DNA of 64,000 bases, from the NCBI GenBank assembly GCA_963748015.1, contig CAVVHE010000008.1, forward strand, positions 640,001-704,000, read 5' to 3'. This DNA is from Terriglobia bacterium (GTDB lineage: Bacteria > Acidobacteriota > Polarisedimenticolia > Polarisedimenticolales > JAIQFR01). Below the pieces are notes generated by a model that searched no databases, was not told where the DNA came from, and saw only the letters and a program-made list of their open reading frames with translations. Below are positions 58,035 to 64,000 of the stretch, piece by piece (positions within the stretch are counted from its first letter, which is position 1; each line of letters begins with the position of its first letter). A program made the translations under genes and the position numbers.

Positions 58035-59425
58035 TGCGCCGGGCGCCCGACGTAGCCGAGGGAGCGCAGCCGCTCGAGGGCCTCGCGATCCCCCTCGCCG
58101 TCGCCGAAGGGCTGGTCGCGGTAGGGCTGCATCGCGTCGAGGATCGCGAGGAGCCGGGTGGCTTCCTCTCGGGCGTCGCCATAGCGGTTCCTTAGCTCAC
58201 CCGGATCGTCGGCCGTACGGAACATCTCGCTCCGGTCGGGGAAGTTCCGTCTCAGGATCAGCTTCCACGCGCCGTCGGTGACGCAGTAGAGCCGGCCGTC
58301 GAGCGGCCTGCCGCGAAGCACGTCCGCGTTGAGGTCGAACTCGTTGAGCTGCTCGGCGTAGGCGATCCGCGGGGGCTCGGCCTCTCCGGCGATCAGCCGG
58401 CGGAGGCTGTGCTCCCTCATCCTTCCGGGAGGCGCGATGCCCAGCGAGTCGAGCACGGAGGGAAAGATGTCGATCGTCCGGACGACCCCGGAGACGGCCT
58501 TCCCGCGCGGCCCGCCGGGCAGCCGCACGAGGAGCGGAACGTGGATCTGCTCCTGGTAGAGGAGTTGGTGTCCGGGCCAGCCGTGATCCCCGAGCCCCTC
58601 TCCGTGGTCCGCGACGACGACGACGATCGTGTTCTCGTACTTGCCGGCGGATTTGAGCGCGGAGACGATTCGCCCGATCTGGAGGTCCATGTAGTAGACC
58701 TCCGCGTCGTAGATCGCTCGCTTGACGTCGAGGGGCGCTAACCCCTCCGGCGGGAAGCGGCGGAGGATCTCGTCGGGGGGACGGATGTAGGTGTCGTGCG
58801 GATCGAAGAAGTGGACCCAGGCGAAGAACGGCCCCCGGGCCTTGCCGAGCCACTCGAGCGCCCGGTCCGCGGTCGCGTCGGAGCGGCGCTGGTTCGGGGC
58901 GAGGGCCCACAGCCACGGCCCGTCCTGGCGAGGCTGGACCAGGATCGAGCCGACCGGCTTCGCGAGGCCGTTGTCCCACCGCTCGAAGCCGCGCTCGAGG
59001 CCGAAGTACTCGGAGACGGTGAAGGCGCTCAGGAACGCCCCGGTGCTCCAGCCCTTCTCTCCGAGGACGGTCGCGAGGGTCGGGACGGAGTCCGGCAGGC
59101 GATGGCCCGCGGGCGCGTAGATGACGCGCAGCCCGTGCTGGAACGGGTACAGCCCGGTAAGGATGGACGCATGCGATTGCGGCGTCGAGCCGGACGCGGA
59201 ATAGGCGGCGTCGAAGCGGATCCCGTCCGCGGCCAGCGCGTCGAGGTTCGGGGTCGTCCCGCGCTTTCCGCCGTAGCAGCCGAGCCGGTCGAGGCGCGTC
59301 GTGTCGAGGGTGACGAGGAGAACGTTGGGACGGTCCGACGCGCCTCGACCCGAGCAAGCGCCGGCGACGAGAGCCGCCGCGAGGGCCGCGCCCACGATCG
59401 AAACCGCTCCGGCTCTGCGCCGCAA
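58031..59425 (-). CDS. Sulfatase-superfamily lipoprotein
   Basis: AGAC lipobox, LVTLDTTR, TPQSHASILTG, HFFDPH, ADHGE. Confidence 0.85.
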   Translation of the reverse strand: MRRRAGAVSIVGAALAAALVAGACSGRGASDRPNVLLVTLDTTRLDRLGCYGGKRGTTPNLDALAADGIRFDAAYSASGSTPQSHASILTGLYPFQHGLRVIYAPAGHRLPDSVPTLATVLGEKGWSTGAFLSAFTVSEYFGLERGFERWDNGLAKPVGSILVQPRQDGPWLWALAPNQRRSDATADRALEWLGKARGPFFAWVHFFDPHDTYIRPPDEILRRFPPEGLAPLDVKRAIYDAEVYYMDLQIGRIVSALKSAGKYENTIVVVVADHGEGLGDHGWPGHQLLYQEQIHVPLLVRLPGGPRGKAVSGVVRTIDIFPSVLDSLGIAPPGRMREHSLRRLIAGEAEPPRIAYAEQLNEFDLNADVLRGRPLDGRLYCVTDGAWKLILRRNFPDRSEMFRTADDPGELRNRYGDAREEATRLLAILDAMQPYRDQPFGDGEGDREALERLRSLGYVGRPAQ

Positions 59426-59498
59426 GAAATCCTCGTCTCCCCGGCCCGACCCGGTTTTCGTATCCGAAGTCGCGGCAATCCGCGCGCCTCGCAGCCCG

Positions 59499-61145
59499 CT
59501 ACTTCTTCTGCTCCCTGCGCACCGCCTCCTTGAGCCGCTGGATGTGGCCGCGGCCCATCCCCTTCACCTCGCACCCCAGCTCGAAGTAGCGGCGGATCCG
59601 GTCGTCGTCGAGGACGCAGAAGCAGTCCACGATCGCGCAGGGCTTCCCGACGGCGGCGACGACCTTCTCGGGAGCGAGGTCGAGGTAGGGCGCGTGCCGC
59701 ACCGCGAAGACGATCGCGTCCCTCCCGCGCATCGCCTTGAAGAGGTCCTTCTCGATCCGGAGATCGGTCAGCCGGTCCTGCCGGTGGAAGAACCGCGCGC
59801 GGCTCTGGCCCGGCCCCGGGTAGCTTTCCTGGGACTCGAACTCCCACCAGTGCTCCACGTACGGGTCGTGGACGCGGAGGTCGGCCCCCATCTCGCCGAG
59901 CCGCCTGACGAGGACCTCCGAGCCGCTGTACCGCGTGTCCCCGACGTCCTCGCGATAGGCCGCGCCGAGGATCAGCACCGCCGCGGAGGCGATCGGACGG
60001 CCGAGGTTCCTCAGGGCATCGCGTACGAGCTGCGCGGCGTGGAGCGCACGCGTGTCGTTGATGTCGATCGCGAGCGGTGTCAGCTTGAAGATGTCGTCCT
60101 CGAATCCGTGGATGTGCTTGTAGGCCCAGACGCCCAGGCCCCCGTCCTTGGGGAGGCAGTACCCGCCGATGCCCGGGCCGGGGAAGATCATGTTCGAGTG
60201 GGTCGGCCGAACCTTGATCGCCTCGATCACCTTCTTGAGGTCGACGCCGTTCCGCTCGGAGAAGAGCGACCATTCGTCCAGGAACGCGAGGATCGTCGCG
60301 CGGTAGCTGTTCTCGATGATCTTGGCGGTCTCGGACTCGATCGGCCGGTCGAGGACGGTCAGCGGGAAGCGCTCGGTGTTCAGGACCTCGGTCAGGAACT
60401 TCTTCACCTTCCGCTTCGACTTGTCGTTGACGCCGCTGCACACGCGCCAGAAGTCCCGGATCGAGCGGACGTAGTCGCGCCCCGGCATGACGCGCTCGTA
60501 GCTGTGGGCGAGCAGGGGATCGCTCTTGATCCCGCGCTGCTCGAAGACCTTCTTCATGATCGGGTAGGCGATCTGCTCCGTTGTGCCGGGCGCCACCGTC
60601 GTCTCGATCAGCACGAGGGCCCCGGGCTCGATCTTTTCGGCGATCACCGCCATCGAGGCCTCGAGCGCCTCCATGTCGGCCGAACCCTCGCGGCAGTTGC
60701 CGAGAGAGCTCTTGAGGTAGTCGCACTGGACGTCCACCACCACGACGTCGGCGAGGGACAGGGCGTCGTAGGTGTAGGTCGCGCAGAGCGTCTTCTTCTC
60801 TTGGACGCAGCGGGCGATCAGCACGTCCACCTCCGGGTCCTCGGACTTCACGGGGGACAGCCCGCGGTTCAGGAGGGGGATCTTCCAGAAGCTGCGGGGG
60901 CTCGGCCGCTGCATCCCGATGACGAACTTCCCCGGCTTCCCCTTGCGGTCCGTGGAATCGGCGACGACCGCCGCCATGACGGCGCCGACGAACCCGACGC
61001 CGACGACCACGACGATCTCTTTCCCGTCCTTCTTGTGGGCCGCCGCGAGACGCTTCAGCCGGTCGAACTCGGACTTGTAGTCGGCGGGGGAAGGGAGAGG
61101 GAACTTCTCGCCGCTCGGGCTCACGGAGTACTGCTGGGTCGCCAT
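59499..61145 (-). CDS. Nucleotide-sugar (UDP-glucose/GDP-mannose family) dehydrogenase
   Basis: GVGFVG, ETTVAPGTT, ERVMPG, GPGIGGYCLPKD, YREDVGDTRYS. Confidence 0.9.
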   Translation of the reverse strand: MATQQYSVSPSGEKFPLPSPADYKSEFDRLKRLAAAHKKDGKEIVVVVGVGFVGAVMAAVVADSTDRKGKPGKFVIGMQRPSPRSFWKIPLLNRGLSPVKSEDPEVDVLIARCVQEKKTLCATYTYDALSLADVVVVDVQCDYLKSSLGNCREGSADMEALEASMAVIAEKIEPGALVLIETTVAPGTTEQIAYPIMKKVFEQRGIKSDPLLAHSYERVMPGRDYVRSIRDFWRVCSGVNDKSKRKVKKFLTEVLNTERFPLTVLDRPIESETAKIIENSYRATILAFLDEWSLFSERNGVDLKKVIEAIKVRPTHSNMIFPGPGIGGYCLPKDGGLGVWAYKHIHGFEDDIFKLTPLAIDINDTRALHAAQLVRDALRNLGRPIASAAVLILGAAYREDVGDTRYSGSEVLVRRLGEMGADLRVHDPYVEHWWEFESQESYPGPGQSRARFFHRQDRLTDLRIEKDLFKAMRGRDAIVFAVRHAPYLDLAPEKVVAAVGKPCAIVDCFCVLDDDRIRRYFELGCEVKGMGRGHIQRLKEAVRREQKK

Positions 61146-61254
61146 GGGAGTCTCCTGTTCGCGCCGCGGACCCGCGGGTGGCCGGGATCCTCCCGCCTCC
61201 CCACGCCGCAAAGCGGGGAATATCATAGGCGATTTCGCCGCGCCGGTCGCCGGC

Positions 61255-62502
61255 TCAGTCGATTTCGGCCAGCGCCTTGCCGAGGCGGTCGATCTCTTCC
61301 GGGGTGTTGTAGTGGAGCAGGCCGACGCGCACGAGGCCGTTCGGCTCGAGTCCGAGCGCTTCGGTCACCGCGAGCGCGTAGAAGTTGCCGCTCCAGACGA
61401 AGATCCCTTCGCGCGCGAGATGCTTCGCCACCTCGAGGGGCGTCTTGCGCTCGTGGGTGAAGGAGAACGTCGGCGTCCTTCGATCGAGCCGGCCGCGGTC
61501 CGTCATGCCGTACACCTTGACGCTCCGCAGCGCCGACAGCCTCTCGAGGAGGCGCCCCGAGAGCCCGAGCTCGTACGCGCGGATCGAGTCGAAGGCCGCG
61601 GCGAGTGCTTCCCGCCGCTCCCCCGACGCTCGCGCCGCGGAGTGACCTAGCCCGGCGAGATAGTCGATCGCGGCGAGCGTGCCCGCGATCCCCTCGTGGT
61701 TCTGCGTCCCGGTCTCCCAGCGGTGCGGCAACTCGTCCGGCGACGGCCGGAGCTTGTAGGCCGGCAGCGACGCGAGGAGCTCCCGCTTCCCGTAGAGGAC
61801 CCCGACGTGGGGGCCGAAGAATTTGTAGGCCGAGCAGGCGAGAAAATCGCAATCCCATGCCTCGACGTCGATCAGCGCGTGGGGGGCGAAGTGGACGGCG
61901 TCGAGGAAGACGCGCGCCCCCGCGGCGTGCGCCATCGCGACGATCTCTCCCACGGGGCTGATCGTGCCCACCGCGTTGGACGCGCAACCGGCCGCGACGA
62001 GACGCGTCCTCCCGGAGAGCTTCGCGCGCAGGTCGTCGAGGTCGAGGGTGCAGTCCCCGGGGCGGAGCGCGACGTGGCGCACCGTCGCCCCCGCGTCGGA
62101 TGCGGCCTGGATCCACGGGGAGATGTTGGCGTCGTGATCGAGGCGCGTGACCAGCACCTCGTCCCCCGGCCGCCACGTTCGCGATAGGGCGCGGGCGAGC
62201 GAGAGCGTGAGCGTCGTCATGTTCGCGCCGAACGCGATGCACCCCGGATCCCGCGTTCCCACGAGGTCGGCCGCGGCGCGGTGCGCCTCGTCGAGCATCG
62301 CGTCGGTCTCGACACTCGTGGCGAAGACGCCGCCGGAGTTCGCGTTGCTTCCCCCGAGATAGCGCGAGACCGCCTCGATCACCTCTTTGGGGACCTGGCT
62401 CCCCCCGGGGCCGTCGAGGTAGACCGCGGGGAGGCCGGCCACGGCCTTCGAGAGCGCGGGGAAGAGGGCTCGGCAACGCTCCACGTCGAAAGGTACGGTC
62501 AT
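61255..62502 (-). CDS. Cysteine desulfurase-like class V aminotransferase
   Basis: YLDGPGGSQVP, LDHDAN, DAVHFAPH, CSAYKFFGPH, ETGTQN. Confidence 0.9.
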   Translation of the reverse strand: MTVPFDVERCRALFPALSKAVAGLPAVYLDGPGGSQVPKEVIEAVSRYLGGSNANSGGVFATSVETDAMLDEAHRAAADLVGTRDPGCIAFGANMTTLTLSLARALSRTWRPGDEVLVTRLDHDANISPWIQAASDAGATVRHVALRPGDCTLDLDDLRAKLSGRTRLVAAGCASNAVGTISPVGEIVAMAHAAGARVFLDAVHFAPHALIDVEAWDCDFLACSAYKFFGPHVGVLYGKRELLASLPAYKLRPSPDELPHRWETGTQNHEGIAGTLAAIDYLAGLGHSAARASGERREALAAAFDSIRAYELGLSGRLLERLSALRSVKVYGMTDRGRLDRRTPTFSFTHERKTPLEVAKHLAREGIFVWSGNFYALAVTEALGLEPNGLVRVGLLHYNTPEEIDRLGKALAEID

Positions 62503-62525
62503 GATCCTGTCGTCCTCCGTGCGGC

Positions 62526-64000
62526 TCAGCGCATCCGCTCGCGGGCGATTCGGTTCAGGGGATCGTCCTCGAGCACGATCGCGTAGCAGGCGCGTGCGTC
62601 GTCCTGGCGCTTCAGGCGCCAGTAAGCCGCCGCGAGGTTGTTGTAGATCTCGTAGTAGCGTCCGCCGCTCGCCGCCGCCGCGCGGGAGAGACGCGCGGCC
62701 GCCGACTCCGCCTCGCCGCGGAAGAGGTGGAAGAGGCCGAGCTGGTAGTCCTCGGTCGGGAACTTCTCCGTCCGCACGAGTCCCGCGAGCCAGGTCGCGA
62801 GCGGCCCCTCCCTCGGCGTCGCCCCGAGGCCGGGGAGGTCGCGAATCGCGGTGGCGGGGACCGGCGGCGGGACGGCGTCGCCGGGCGAAGCGCCTCCCGG
62901 CGCGTCGCGGCGCACGAAGACCGCCGCGAGCGCGTCCACGTGGGCGAGCCTCCACCTCGGATCGCGGCTGATCCGCGAGAGGAGCTCCGGGGAGATGGCG
63001 TACGGGAAGGCGGACCACCTGATGCCGTACCGGGCGACGGCGGCCTCCATCGCTTCCGTCGAGGCGAGCGTTCGCCGGTATTCGTCGAAGAACGACTCGC
63101 CCATGACCTCGAGCCGCCCGTCGATGTACACGGGATCGGGGAGGGACCACATCAGCCAGCCGCCGAAATTCAGGTGGTTGAGCACCGGCCCGTCGAGCCC
63201 CGTTCTCCGCGCGAACTCCGCCGCGTCCAGCGGGAGCGCGATCCCGTTCCAGCCGAGGCCGAACCGGTCGGTTCGGCGGCTCGCGATGTAGTACGCATCG
63301 TGCACGACGCGCAGCGTCGTCACGAGCGCGATCGCCGCGACGCCGGCCAGGGCCGCGCGCCGGAGCCAGATCCCGGCGCCGCGGGCGAGCTTGCGCCCCT
63401 GCCGTCCTTCCATCGCCGCCGTGAGGCCCCACGCGGTCGCGGGCAGGGTCGCAACGACGAGGAGCGGCACGTTCCGGATCATCCTCGAGGCGAGGGCCAT
63501 GAACGCCAGCCAGAGGAGGCCGCACCAGAAGCGCCTCGCTTTCAGGAGCGGCCACAGCGCGACGAGCGACAGCGCCGCGAGCGCCCGGAACGCGAAGACC
63601 GGGACGCGCGGGTAGAAAGGGAACTGCTGGGAGAGGCCGAGGGAGAACGGCGAGACGAACTCGCCGATCGACTGCGCGAACACGTTTCCGGCCTCGAGAC
63701 GCGTCGCGAGCTCGAGCGGGAAGAGCATCCCGCGCCAGCCGTAGGGGTTCAGGATCGTCACGCCCACCGAAGCGGCCGCCCACGCGAGCAGCCGGCGGTC
63801 GAAGCGCCGCTCCTTGATCGCGAGGCCGGCGACGAAGCAGCCCTCCGCGACCCAGCCGAGCACGAAGAGGCCGTGGAGGTTCGCCCAGAGGAGATGGATC
63901 GGTACGAGCAGCCAGAGGGGCGTGGGCTTGCCCAGGGCGTGGCGGTGGAGGAGGTGGAGGACGACGGCGAGAAGCAGATACGAGACCAGCTCCGGCCGCG
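62526..64000 (-). CDS. Partial GT-C-like multi-TM protein with C-terminal TPR (start lies beyond the window)
   Basis: RPEL...WANLHGLF, NPYG, GGWLMW, YIDGR, terminal TPR. Confidence 0.7.
   Translation of the reverse strand, partial: RPELVSYLLLAVVLHLLHRHALGKPTPLWLLVPIHLLWANLHGLFVLGWVAEGCFVAGLAIKERRFDRRLLAWAAASVGVTILNPYGWRGMLFPLELATRLEAGNVFAQSIGEFVSPFSLGLSQQFPFYPRVPVFAFRALAALSLVALWPLLKARRFWCGLLWLAFMALASRMIRNVPLLVVATLPATAWGLTAAMEGRQGRKLARGAGIWLRRAALAGVAAIALVTTLRVVHDAYYIASRRTDRFGLGWNGIALPLDAAEFARRTGLDGPVLNHLNFGGWLMWSLPDPVYIDGRLEVMGESFFDEYRRTLASTEAMEAAVARYGIRWSAFPYAISPELLSRISRDPRWRLAHVDALAAVFVRRDAPGGASPGDAVPPPVPATAIRDLPGLGATPREGPLATWLAGLVRTEKFPTEDYQLGLFHLFRGEAESAAARLSRAAAASGGRYYEIYNNLAAAYWRLKRQDDARACYAIVLEDDPLNRIARERMR

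Noticed and set aside
1..64000. tRNA, rRNA, transposase, integrase or phage genes
   Set aside because: None recognised by eye or in the ORF track.

Overview
High-GC bacterial chromosomal segment; gene content and style suggest Acidobacteriota, but that is inference only. Layout: (1) 1-9.3 kb, a run of small + strand accessory genes with several decayed gene fragments and at least one degenerate attC-like site. (2) A Cys/Met PLP enzyme divergent from thrC, then malQ, a P1B ATPase and dodecin. (3) An arnB-arnC-formyltransferase-arnD-arnT operon lacking the ArnA decarboxylase domain and arnEF. (4) A Hyb-type [NiFe]-hydrogenase operon (hybO frameshifted in its Tat leader, then hybA, hybB, hybC, hybD). 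It is separated from hypFCDE by a 7 kb block of two SDR/RsbRD_N-like paralogs, a Cache histidine kinase, a receiver protein, a Rieske protein and two small hypotheticals. (5) M28 peptidase, FmdB-type protein, iorAB. (6) A MacAB-like ABC operon with a TMTC-like TPR glycosyltransferase gene inside it. (7) Envelope glyco/phospho-modification genes. The most striking unexplained signal is a family of 10 intergenic hairpins. They share the core GTYC-TCGC-C-NNCCC-GRAAAA-GGGNN-G-TCTNC-GRAC, with a covarying inner stem and 22-27 bp outer arms that differ between copies yet stay self-complementary. Some copies form a duplicated ~250 bp two-hairpin element. All calls come from reading motifs by eye; no database searches were run.
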